The notes beneath the pieces were generated by a model. That model was not told where the DNA came from. It searched no databases and worked only from the letters and a program-made list of their open reading frames with translations. The translations under genes and the position numbers were made by a program. A DNA stretch of 63,781 nt, the filler included, from Trichomonas gallinae (taxonomy: Eukaryota): NCBI GenBank assembly GCA_008369845.1. It is 6 parts of 6 records of this genome, joined end to end, with 100 filler letters (N's around TTAATTAATTAA, not from the genome) between each part and the next. Parts side by side here need not be neighbours in the genome. Positions count along the whole stretch, not along the records: positions 1 to 25,085 come from MRSU01000901.1; 5 more parts are not named here. One strand, 5' to 3'. Shown here in pieces: positions 11,101-20,578 of the stretch (positions are counted from its first letter, which is position 1; every line of letters starts with the position of its first letter).

Positions 11101-11295
11101 TGACGAGATAACTGCGAGGTATAGCTTTGGATCTGGGATTCCTGTTTCGCCATCAACGTGTAAATTTGCTGTAGTTCGTGCTTTTTCTGCGATAGAGTTA
11201 CGAACCTCCTCGAGCACAGACATGAAGCGTGCCTGAACAGGGTCGTTCTTCAGGCAGTCGTAATTGCTGAAGATATCGTGCTCAGCATTAAGCAT
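8146..11295 (-). CDS. RRP12: RRP12-like HEAT/NUC173 ribosome biogenesis protein
   Basis: 1049-aa helical-repeat protein; FDERGRII and C-terminal FKAPRGKGDVMKKGGVAPFA match the RRP12 tail. Confidence 0.85.
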   Translation of the reverse strand: MLNAEHDIFSNYDCLKNDPVQARFMSVLEEVRNSIAEKARTTANLHVDGETGIPDPKLYLAVISSLIIHRLGQNNKAGVPELLRLLYIAMQAAPLDSFIAAQLAECVVPLFNGADNALLAALCPVAPALSHKTKFNPVQVTTLIENICLATLSDDPKVRNTASKAIYDNDNIHQLCFDRLFEICNENPLRALTVLKNIASAAKPGVWTKYAEPILGFCESDNRAVRVKGFELMSYCLHHLSADTVVSIINKFTAKKPEAPGDVLQAMASLIQSAITMLARESPSLLGDNFQSFLHQMLYLLQLEDEQARTTINQTILYGIAALTNNAGQIQDFSRLQGIIEELNSALIVQYMSIWPQVFAILSTLPPQLHGATGDILFKPILNAIEKLKQDKDMHGKEFIVNFIATCMNEMGLVAFYQGTTELLDDVNFFQHVYIPLINAYNSRKHLTDLQFTMDKILPIEDFLYNEYMNIPQELINHPESANKHLIWINLWNALPNCVTTGEDDISVFVNFCCDRFEQHKELIRPISKIFQHLARFIANDDRPLSLLVNAAVDASTTAVSIPAITAISGAKNSQALQEFFQGVSKQLLTYAMDADKIDISCALVDVILAMLNFLDEGCRNLFYKMMLKFANRKGHFQKKALRAIRDLITKYKIDGAVDELKEVLANTGEDVTSSTLRYRILLMTTLLQLSGEEYGALLTEFLPEIVAAVKDQGEKTRTAAEESLQTIAQTSIDSFGNVDAIIAGIVVGLISDVSGFVAASIDALSIVLRRHYDKVSPENFDATSEAVFKATFATQTSEVARAGLGYCKMLLTRVPKYAEQRQLANIVGFSINCNKRTNWEIRDKGHHMIERCIETFGIDPVTAVFPKEDAKLLRGARKESNRNQKKAKASVPKAENESDGDIELDSRYDEHEIDLLSSANIIKRKERKEDDEDEQLQFDERGRIIMKEAPKARKSKKEESEDEDEDRGNELSDYINNRRQKKQKEREQTKAQFIAETGNKFKAPRGKGDVMKKGGVAPFASAPLNANVVNKRKRSQMKAEYKKLFGKK

Positions 11296-11472
11296 TTTTC
11301 TCCTTTTTCCTCCCCTCTCAATTAAAATTGTCTCCGTGTCTGCCCCTCATTAACGCTTTTTATTGCATTTTTGTCTCTTTTATTGGCATTTATACTGTTT
11401 TCTTTATGAAAAATCAGCTTATTTCATAGATATTTTTTATTGAAAAATATTTTTTGATATTTGAGCAATATA

Positions 11473-11700
11473 ATATATATGACATCATGTATAGCTCCTG
11501 TATGTATATGTGTGCTTATTGAAAATAGTTAATAACGATATATTTTATCGAAAAATAATTTTATGAATTTGTGGAAAATAATATATATTACATCATTATG
11601 TGGATTGTGTATGTAAACAAAAGCTTATTGAAAATAGTTAAAAACGATATTTTTTATAACAAATATTATTTTGAATTTGAGGAATATTAAATATAAAACT
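11473..11700. repeat. Degenerate ~109-bp tandem duplication
   Basis: GCTTATTGAAAATAGTTAA(T/A)AACGATAT at 11514 and 11623 with similar flanks. Confidence 0.7.
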
Positions 11701-12117
11701 TTATTATTCAAATTCTATATGTAGATAAAAATTCATTAAATATAGCTGATAAAAATATTTTTTTTTATTCGATATTTTTTTGAATGGAATGCATAACTTT
11801 TAGAATGTGATATAGTTAAATAACACGATAATAATTATATTGATGAGTATTAGAAAGTTTAAATTTGAATTGATAAAAAATAATTTCAGCTAAATGTTCA
11901 TAGAATTTGAATTAAGAAGTGGCTTGGTAATATGAGTGAAAAGATTGAGCAATTAAAGACAGAAAGATACTAACAAGATTTAATTACTAAAATGAACTAA
12001 AAAATATGAATAAATATATATATTTTCCAGATCAAAACATCAATACTCGGTTCAACAATTATACATCATTGACACCAAAATGCATATAAGCACTATTAAT
12101 GAATTGATCTATTATAA

Positions 12118-13317
12118 TTATGTATGTAAAGGTCTTAACATTCTTTTCCCAGGGAGTATTGGCCGCCTGTGTGTGATCTGTAGAGTAGCAACTGATTTAA
12201 ATTTCGTGAGATCTAGCGGCAGAGCTTTTGTGACCTTCTTTTTCTTAAGTGGTGGAAGCTTAGCCATTAGTGCAGGTAATTCGTGCATTGGGTTCTTTAA
12301 AATGAAATATAAAGTTGTATTATCATTTATATCTCCGTTTTCTAAGTCCTGTTCTAACAATTGTCTGCATACATTGTATGCTTCACACTGTTCTAATATG
12401 TCTGGATTGATTTTTTCGGGAATTCTCCTGAATTTCAAGCAATCTGAGTAATTTTGAACTTGATAATAAACAATTGGACGTGGCGCGCAGTTGTAGCCCC
12501 TCCTAATCGTGCCTCTAAGCCACGGATGCGCCATAATCTGCGCAAATGAAGCGCGCATTTGTGGTCTTGGCTGTAGCATCATATCCAGCATATTTTGTAA
12601 ATCTGGAGATATTCCGCTGAGCTTCGACAGGTTTGTCGCCTCTTCTACGAGGAGTCTCGCATCCTTCTGCTGAAGCGTAAATGGCATCGTTAAAGTGAGA
12701 CATGTGTAAAAAGTCACGCCAAGTGAAAAAACATCGCATTTTTCATTATATTCGTTGCATCCGATGACTTCGGGTGCCGTGTAGCCTGGTGTGCCGACAA
12801 CACCTGATAATTTATGGCAATAAAAAGTATCAGAAAGGCCAAAATCGATTACTTTTACATTCATATTGTTATCAATCAGGATATTTTCCAATTTAATGTC
12901 TCTGTGCGCGATGAAAAATGTCGTTTGAATAAAGTAAAACACTTCTACTAATTGCGAAAAAATTCGGAGGGCTTCTGATTCAGATAAACCCTTATGAGTC
13001 ATAATGTAATGGTACAAAGTTCCACCTGAAGCATATTCCATAAAAAAAAGTAATAAATTTCCAACTTGTGATAACCGATATAATTTTGCAAGGTGAGGAT
13101 GGCTAACCTGCATAAAAACGCTAATTTCACGTATAATGCCGTTGAATGCTGACTTTCTTTGCGCGTGAAGATCGATGATTTTAACTGCACAATATGAATT
13201 TGTCTGAAGATGTCGTGCAATCCTCACTGAGCTGGAGGCACCTTTGCCTATCTGCTCGAGGATCTCGAAACCATCGATAACTTTCCCTTCTATGTTATCG
13301 ATAGTTATTTCGTCCAT
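12118..13317 (-). CDS. CAMK-group (SNF1/MARK-like) Ser/Thr protein kinase
   Basis: IGKGAS, AVK, HRDIKLEN, DFG, GTPGYTAPE and DVFSLG all intact. Confidence 0.92.
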   Translation of the reverse strand: MDEITIDNIEGKVIDGFEILEQIGKGASSSVRIARHLQTNSYCAVKIIDLHAQRKSAFNGIIREISVFMQVSHPHLAKLYRLSQVGNLLLFFMEYASGGTLYHYIMTHKGLSESEALRIFSQLVEVFYFIQTTFFIAHRDIKLENILIDNNMNVKVIDFGLSDTFYCHKLSGVVGTPGYTAPEVIGCNEYNEKCDVFSLGVTFYTCLTLTMPFTLQQKDARLLVEEATNLSKLSGISPDLQNMLDMMLQPRPQMRASFAQIMAHPWLRGTIRRGYNCAPRPIVYYQVQNYSDCLKFRRIPEKINPDILEQCEAYNVCRQLLEQDLENGDINDNTTLYFILKNPMHELPALMAKLPPLKKKKVTKALPLDLTKFKSVATLQITHRRPILPGKRMLRPLHT

Positions 13318-13772
13318 TTTTTAAATTTTTTTTTGTAAACTAAAATTTTTCATTATTACATTTTAATTATTACATTTTAACAAGCATTTTTCAACCTTTC
13401 TTTACTCTCAGAAAAATTTGAGGATTCAATTAAAATTTTATGATAAATCGATATATCTCATTCTTTTCAATATAATATTTTTTGTAACGAAAAATTTTGA
13501 AAAGAAAAAACGAAAAATCAAAATTTTGGTTAAAAAATTGCTACTAATATTTTAAGTATCATATTTTATATTAAATTTTTGATTTACAAAAGCTCAATTA
13601 TATTTGCGAATTTGCAATGTCTACTTGTTATTAAATCAATTTCCACGAAAAATTTTCATAAAATTAACAAATCAACTTTAAATTTATTCGCGATTTGTCG
13701 AGTCAAAGGATTTAAATACGATAAACTAGAAGTATATCTAAAGACAAATACTTTATAAATAACAATATATCT

Positions 13773-15575
13773 CTATTGAACAATCAAACATGAAATCTTA
13801 TTTGCCAAGTTCTTCTGGCCGAGCGGGAAAGCGATTTCTATGTACTCCTCGAAGAATGTCAGAGAAATCTCAAGTGGATGGCTCTCACTGTTTTCTCCAC
13901 TCGACATTGACATGAAAATCATTTTTTCTTTTCCATTTTCTTCATCAAAAACATAATCGATCCCCAGTTTTTTGACGACTTCTTCTATTTTCCCGCGGGA
14001 AGCCGCCGTCCTTATTCTCCTCTTCAAGTTCAGTTTGTATATATTCAGTCCATAGTTGTGCTTAAACTCTTTGAGCGGAATCATTCTGCAACCTTCTTCT
14101 GTGTTCAAAATGACGCCCTCGCACTTTTGCGGCTGACCCAAAGCATAGCTGACGCATTCCTTGTTGATGTTTATAGGGACAGGCGTCTTCTGCATGGTAA
14201 ATATTTTCTTGTTGTTAACTGGAGCCTCCGCCTGGATGCCTGTTGTCTTAGATATCCTTTCAGCGAGCGCGTCGACGCTGGACTTGTCGCCATGAATCGC
14301 GCAAACTTTCGAAGGCCTGACTCTCTCGCACAATGAAAGAATCTCGAACTGGTCAGCATGAGCTGAAAATGAGATCTTCTCAACCTTGCATTTAATTATG
14401 ATGTCAACGTTCATCTGCGGCTTCCTAGACTGGAAAGTAACTCTGTTTGTCGTTAAATCTCTCTTCAAGACCGCCAAACCGAAAGTGTTTGGTCCGCAAT
14501 AACCAGGGAAGATGATCATGTTCTTTGGGTCGTCGTACCACTTCTCCTTGTAGAAGAAGTTAAAGGCTGGCGTGCCTGGGTTGAGCATGCCTGAAGTTGC
14601 TAGCATGACTAAGCCCCTGGACTCGTCGAGTTTGTGTTTCGAAGGAATGAAGTTGCGCGAGTACGTGAACTTGAAGGCCGTTGATCCGTTGTCATATAAA
14701 TTAGTTTGCACAGTCGGATTCATCCAGTTAACGCACTGCTTGTAGACTTTCATGCAGTGCTCGCCGAGGTTTGTAGTGTAGTAGATTGGCTCAGAGTATC
14801 CCATTCTATTCCAGTAGTCTTCGAGCATCAAACAAATCTCTTGGAGTCTTCCGACAGCGAAAACTGGGATTAGAACTTTACCACCCTGCGCAACGACTTG
14901 GTGGACCATCTGCACGAACGAACGCTCGCGTGTTGCGATTGATTCGCGGACTGTTCCCCCGTATGTTGATTCTGTTATCAATAAGTCAGGGAAAAGTCTT
15001 GGTACAGCGTGGCCAGACAAGTGATGGTCGGCAATAGCTGAGAAATCGCCAGTGTAGATGAAAGATAAGCCACGATGTTGTACATAAAAACATGCAGCGC
15101 CTAAAATATGGCCAGCTGGGAATGCTGTCACGTAAATTCCTGGTGCTGCTTCGAATCTGTTGTAAAATTCCACGACTTTTATCTTTTGCTCACTGTTTTT
15201 CAAATGTTCTTCTTTATAAGGAGGATCTTCCGTAACTTTGAGGAAATCATCGAGCATAATCGGCATCATCATGCGTGACGCACGTGTCATGTAGACAGGA
15301 GCTTCGCATTTCAAAACTTCTGTTAAATAAGGAACTGCAGCGAGATGATCTGTGTGAATGTGGCTAACAAGGACTAAATCTACTTTAGGGAATTTATCTC
15401 CATATGCTGGAAGTCTGTCTTTCTTATCTTGTGCTGTAAAATTGACTCCGCAATCTAAAAGAACGTTTTTTCCGCCAATTTCGACCAAAATTGAAGAGCG
15501 ACCGACTTCACTGCCTGCGCCGAAGCAAATAACCTGGCAGTGAACGTCCTTCCTCTCTTTTGGCAAATGAGTCAT
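13773..15575 (-). CDS. Metallo-beta-lactamase/beta-CASP RNA endonuclease, INTS11 (CPSF3L)/CPSF73 family
   Basis: GAGSEVGRS, HIHTDH, AGHILGA, YTGD, DLLITESTY, GGKVLIPVFAVGR, NMIIFPGYC, SFSAHAD; first ATG at 15575. Confidence 0.88.
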   Translation of the reverse strand: MTHLPKERKDVHCQVICFGAGSEVGRSSILVEIGGKNVLLDCGVNFTAQDKKDRLPAYGDKFPKVDLVLVSHIHTDHLAAVPYLTEVLKCEAPVYMTRASRMMMPIMLDDFLKVTEDPPYKEEHLKNSEQKIKVVEFYNRFEAAPGIYVTAFPAGHILGAACFYVQHRGLSFIYTGDFSAIADHHLSGHAVPRLFPDLLITESTYGGTVRESIATRERSFVQMVHQVVAQGGKVLIPVFAVGRLQEICLMLEDYWNRMGYSEPIYYTTNLGEHCMKVYKQCVNWMNPTVQTNLYDNGSTAFKFTYSRNFIPSKHKLDESRGLVMLATSGMLNPGTPAFNFFYKEKWYDDPKNMIIFPGYCGPNTFGLAVLKRDLTTNRVTFQSRKPQMNVDIIIKCKVEKISFSAHADQFEILSLCERVRPSKVCAIHGDKSSVDALAERISKTTGIQAEAPVNNKKIFTMQKTPVPININKECVSYALGQPQKCEGVILNTEEGCRMIPLKEFKHNYGLNIYKLNLKRRIRTAASRGKIEEVVKKLGIDYVFDEENGKEKMIFMSMSSGENSESHPLEISLTFFEEYIEIAFPLGQKNLANKISCLIVQ

Positions 15576-15977
15576 TTTTGCTTTCGAATCCAAAAGTGAC
15601 AAATTCTAATTCATATAAAAGTGACAGGGCGTCAGAGTTGACATGTAAAGTATCAAATATATGACGCCATCGTAAATCAGGTAGAAGTTGGAGCATAAGT
15701 ATTGAGCTTGACTAATTTCTCGTAAAGATGGCGTTTATTCTAGTGTATTGTTTAAAGAGGTTAATTTCTTAAATAACCAATGTATTATTACATTGTATTG
15801 ATGATTTAAAATGCTATTATTATATGAATCAGAATAGTGGATTAATCCATATAGTAAATGAAAAATTGACAATACAAGAAAATCTCAATTCATATATCAT
15901 AATAATTTAATGAAATTTGATTTTTGTACGCAATATATTACACATACAGTCAATTTAAATCTATATACAAATAACAA

Positions 15978-17849
15978 TTAAAAATTGAACAAGTGGGAGA
16001 TGAATTGATTACTTTCTCTCCAAGATCTTTGTGCCTGACGGATGATTTTCTCATCACACTCGACTAAGTTGAGAATTACAGGGATTAGAGACTCTCTGGT
16101 GCTTCCATCTTGTAAAAAGAACTGCAACAAGACCTTTCTGATGTAATTCGGAAAGATTGAAGAATTAGAGCCTTGTGTACTGTGTGTTCTGTCCTTCTCT
16201 ACAGCGGAAAGCCTAGTTGTGAGCTTAGTTTTTTCTTGTTCAAGAGTTGCAACTTTTTTATCTGATATTCTTCTTGCTGACTCAGCTTTGTCTCTTTGCT
16301 TTGTTAAATTTTGCACTTTAACGCTTTCTGCTTCTAAAGAGGCTCTTGTTTCAGTAAGTTGAGCCTCTAATTCCTGTAATTTCGAATTATTTGAATTTTC
16401 AAAATCTTCTTTTTCTTTCTTTAGCTTTTCATTCTCTTGCTTGATTCTTTCATAAGCATTCTGCAATTCTGTGCTGAAATCCAGTTTTTCTTTATTTCTT
16501 TCCTCTAAATTTCGAATTCTCTTCGATTTTTCTTCCAAAGAGCTCTGAAGTGTCTCATTTGACAGCTTTTCCGCATGCAAATCGCGTTTCATTGTGTCAC
16601 ATTGGCTCTTTAGTTCTTCATTATTTTGCCTTAATTCTTGAATTTCGCTCAAATTATTGTTTACCTTTTTCAATTGCTCATTTATTTCATTTTGTGCTTT
16701 TTGAAGCTGATTTGTTAATTCATTTTGGTGTTTTTCAGCTTCGGAAAGTTCCAATTTTAATTCTTTGTTTGAATTTTCGAGATTATTCCTTTCTGTTTTA
16801 AGATTTAGCATATCTGCATTCAATTGAATTATATTTTGTGCTTTAGAGTCAACTTCTGTTTTAAGACGACTAATTTCTTGAGCCAAATTTAATTTTTCTT
16901 CATTAAATGAAGCCTGGAATTGATTACTTTCTCTCATCTTGTTGTCAATGTCTTTTTGAGTCTTTTGAAGTGCATCATTGAGTCTTTGGATTTCATCTTT
17001 AGATTCATTGTATTTTGCGAGCAAACTCGAATTTTCGCGCTGCAATGCAACATATTTGTCGTTTGTTTCATCCTGATTTGTTTTAAGCTGATTGATCTGC
17101 TCTTTAAGTTGTTCATTTTTCGAAATTTCGTCTTGCATGTCTTGGATCTTCTTATTAAGTAATTTCATTTGCTGTGTGAGGTCATTGTTTGAGTTTTTAA
17201 GTAATTTATTCTCTTCGTTCAATAAATCATATTTTGTAGAATCTGTTCTGCCTAATTCGCTGAGTCTTAGTTTTTCACGAAGATTATTAGTTTCCTTTAT
17301 CAAATCAGATACTTCTGATGAAATATCTGTGACTGAATCGTACTTTTTGTTTTCTAATTCGATTAATTTGTCTTTTAACGATTTATGTTCTGTTTCAAAG
17401 TCAGATATGGCTTTTTTGTATTTCTCAATCAGTTCTTTGTTCGCTTTATCAGCATTTTCTAAAGATTTTATTTTTTCTTTTAATTCTCTTCTTTCTTGAT
17501 TAAGCTGCGCAACAATTTCAGACTGATCTACCGTATTTTGTTGCTCTTGTGTTTGATTTGTGCCAAATAATTCTTTAGAAATATCTGAAAAAATTGAATT
17601 GTTCGCTTTATCAAGTTTTGCTTGCAAATCTGATGTCAGCTGAGTCAATTCTTGTATTTTAGAGTCTCTAGAGTCAATTGCTTGGTCCCTGGCTTTGACT
17701 GCATCTGTTAACTTTTTAATGTCACCGTTTGCAGTGTCTAATTTCTCTTTGAGTGATCTGTTTTTATCAACAACAGCGTTGTACTTCGCTTTAAGGTCAG
17801 CAACACTCATCTTTCCAGATTGCTTCGCAGCTTTCTCCGGCTCAGTCAT
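15978..17849 (-). CDS. GRIP-domain coiled-coil golgin
   Basis: Long coiled coil ending YIRKVLLQFFLQDGSTRESLIPVILNLV, a GRIP-like signature with the conserved Tyr. Confidence 0.75.
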   Translation of the reverse strand: MTEPEKAAKQSGKMSVADLKAKYNAVVDKNRSLKEKLDTANGDIKKLTDAVKARDQAIDSRDSKIQELTQLTSDLQAKLDKANNSIFSDISKELFGTNQTQEQQNTVDQSEIVAQLNQERRELKEKIKSLENADKANKELIEKYKKAISDFETEHKSLKDKLIELENKKYDSVTDISSEVSDLIKETNNLREKLRLSELGRTDSTKYDLLNEENKLLKNSNNDLTQQMKLLNKKIQDMQDEISKNEQLKEQINQLKTNQDETNDKYVALQRENSSLLAKYNESKDEIQRLNDALQKTQKDIDNKMRESNQFQASFNEEKLNLAQEISRLKTEVDSKAQNIIQLNADMLNLKTERNNLENSNKELKLELSEAEKHQNELTNQLQKAQNEINEQLKKVNNNLSEIQELRQNNEELKSQCDTMKRDLHAEKLSNETLQSSLEEKSKRIRNLEERNKEKLDFSTELQNAYERIKQENEKLKKEKEDFENSNNSKLQELEAQLTETRASLEAESVKVQNLTKQRDKAESARRISDKKVATLEQEKTKLTTRLSAVEKDRTHSTQGSNSSIFPNYIRKVLLQFFLQDGSTRESLIPVILNLVECDEKIIRQAQRSWRESNQFISHLFNF

Positions 17850-18592
17850 AATTTTGAACTATTTTCCAATATTAATTTTAAAAACCATCTAAATACAAGC
17901 TATATTTTATAATATATCAAACTATTTGAGTGATGTTTATAAGATATTTTATCAATTGTAATTAGATTTGATAAGCATTTAGAATTTATGCTTAATACAA
18001 GATAAAATTCAAATTTAGCTGATTATACAGTTATTTCGAATTAATCAATTCTTGTTATTGTGTTTCATACTCATACGCAGTTATTTATTTGTTACATTTG
18101 AATTAATAACACAACACACACATGTAAGCACATAATTTATCTGATTGAATAATCTGTACTATAATTTGCTTAGAATATCATAAATGATAGATTCAAAAAC
18201 CAGTATAATGTCATAATATAGTTGATTTATGATAATAAAACTAATTTGAATGTTGTGTAAATAGAAAAGCATTGAATAATTTACTGGAAATCGAACTAAC
18301 TTATTTTGTAGAGTGAAAACCAACCTTTTGATTAAGTTAAATTTGGTTTCATCTAATTAATTTTGTATAATTCGGGAATTGAAGCTCCTCATTAAGATCT
18401 AGTGAATTAATAACTTCTTTTTGGAAAATTTCAAAATAAATATTGAATTTTATATATTTTCCCATTTTCAAGTTTAAATAACTTTGAAAATAGATGCTTC
18501 GAACTAGTAGATATAAAGATTAATGTAAGAATAGTTATGGTTGAGAATTTCAAAAAATATCTAATGAAATCATAATAAATAGGAAATTGATA

Positions 18593-19363
18593 TCATATAT
18601 CGTTTGTTTTGTATAGTGATTCTGGTCTTGTTGCCATTAGCATCAATTCGGTCATGCTTGGAATTTTATTTGTACTTTTCGGACGATGGAATTTAACAGC
18701 ATCCTTTCTTATCAGCGTTGGAGATGTAATCTTTTGGCTCTGAGATTTTTTATTGCTGCTTTCTAATAATTTTTGTTTCTGAAGTTCTTGTATTTCGTTA
18801 ATTGCAGCTCTTAGCTCGGCAAACTCCTTTTGCGCGAGTTCCTTCAGATCATCTATTTCGCGACCTAACGTATTTATTTCATTTTCGAGTTCTTGGTGTT
18901 TTTGAGAAACTTGTTGATTCATCATTGCTGTCAGCTGAGTAGAAAACCTCTGAAGAGACGAATCGACATACTTTGTGTTTGCTTTTTCGATAATTCTTTT
19001 CGTTGATGATTTCGTTCTGAGACTTTTGCGAATATTATTGATTACTTGACTAATTGTCTGGTAAAAATCAAAATCCTCGGATGAAATTACGTCTAATTCG
19101 GAGCCACGTCTTCCACTATTAAGAGTCATAAAATCTACAGATGCAATAGATGAGCACGACGATGTAGAAGATGTAGCTGATATACCTGATTTCGATAATC
19201 CGGCTTTTCCCACTAAATTTTGTAGTGAAATATCTAATTGATCTAATCTATTATTACATTCTTCCTCAAATCGAGTCAAAACATCATGTATTTGAACAAG
19301 ATCTTCCGGATAAGTATCGCTTTCGTTCGATTCTTCAGTAATTGTCTCAAAAAAGTCACTCAT
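18593..19363 (-). CDS. Hypothetical protein with coiled-coil and Ser-rich segments
   Basis: 256-aa ATG ORF with coding-like composition; no recognised family. Confidence 0.7.
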   Translation of the reverse strand: MSDFFETITEESNESDTYPEDLVQIHDVLTRFEEECNNRLDQLDISLQNLVGKAGLSKSGISATSSTSSCSSIASVDFMTLNSGRRGSELDVISSEDFDFYQTISQVINNIRKSLRTKSSTKRIIEKANTKYVDSSLQRFSTQLTAMMNQQVSQKHQELENEINTLGREIDDLKELAQKEFAELRAAINEIQELQKQKLLESSNKKSQSQKITSPTLIRKDAVKFHRPKSTNKIPSMTELMLMATRPESLYKTNDI

Positions 19364-19493
19364 TTATAAAATTTTAATTTACATAGCAAAATTTTATATT
19401 TACGTGTCAAAAATATATACAAATCAAATTTTTGGTTTTACATGTCAAATATATATATATTATGACAAAAATTTGAATTTACATGTCAAAAAT

Positions 19494-20174
19494 ATGAATG
19501 AGGAAGAAGATGAATTAATAGAAGAGACACCAGCACCAAATAATTTCATTAATATTAGCATTTCGTGGCTACCTATTGCATCTGTTGTATTATATATAGC
19601 TATCTTTCTTTCGATTGTTATTCTTTATATTTTAAATCAAACAACTCTTACGATTTGGCCATCAATATCCGAATTAGCACGAAAATATCCACAAAATAAA
19701 ATATTTGCAGTTGGTTTTTCAGTAGAAGCAACTTTATTCTTCGTTTTAACTTTCGTTATCAATACATCATTGAAAACACACGGCATTAAATGGGCAAATT
19801 ACATGTATATACCATCTACATTATCATCAGTATTAATGGTAGCTATGTCATCGTGCGGATTATCAGATAATCCATTTTTACACAAAATATTCGCGGTTTT
19901 ATGCTTCATCTCTATTCTCATTTTTATGATATGCGTACATATTGGCATTATGAAAGCTAAAATAATGAAATTTCACAAAATTAAATTCCTCGTAATCTTA
20001 CTCACATCATTATCAGTAATGGCAATTTGTATTGTCAGTCCAATGGAAGAAACATGCGTAACAATTGGTGTCAAAGCCTTTTCAGAGTATTTCCTTGTTT
20101 TACAAGTTATAATCTTCATTGGAATGTGGGTTGTAGACTTGAAGGAAGTTGATATCACATTCAAAATTTCTTAA
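19494..20174 (+). CDS. Frag1/DRAM/Sfk1-family membrane protein
   Basis: About six TM segments; WPSISELARKYPQNKIF, LHKIFA and FSEY motifs; first ATG at 19494. Confidence 0.75.
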   Translation: MNEEEDELIEETPAPNNFINISISWLPIASVVLYIAIFLSIVILYILNQTTLTIWPSISELARKYPQNKIFAVGFSVEATLFFVLTFVINTSLKTHGIKWANYMYIPSTLSSVLMVAMSSCGLSDNPFLHKIFAVLCFISILIFMICVHIGIMKAKIMKFHKIKFLVILLTSLSVMAICIVSPMEETCVTIGVKAFSEYFLVLQVIIFIGMWVVDLKEVDITFKIS

Positions 20175-20578
20175 TGATACATTTATATATTTTGTTTTTT
20201 GTTATACTCTGAATATTTTTTCTTTTTTCAATAAAATAAATAGACAACTATCCATTTATTACATGCCATTATTCATACATCAGCTTTTTATGAATATGAA
20301 AACAAAATATGTTGATTTATTAATGATTTACGCAACAATTACATAAATAATCAATCATTTATGTTCAAAGGCGATAAATGTAATTACTAATACGATCCTA
20401 TCAAGAATTAGTTGATTTAACAGTTGATCTCAAAAAAACTATGTTTGTTAAATATCTAAATGTTTCTGTGACTGCAACTGTCATTGCAGTACAATAGATA
20501 ATTCATGCATATGCAAGTGCTGTTCTTGTTAGTGATGATGAGCTTTAAATACTTGTTAGTTATTATATATTAAAATTA

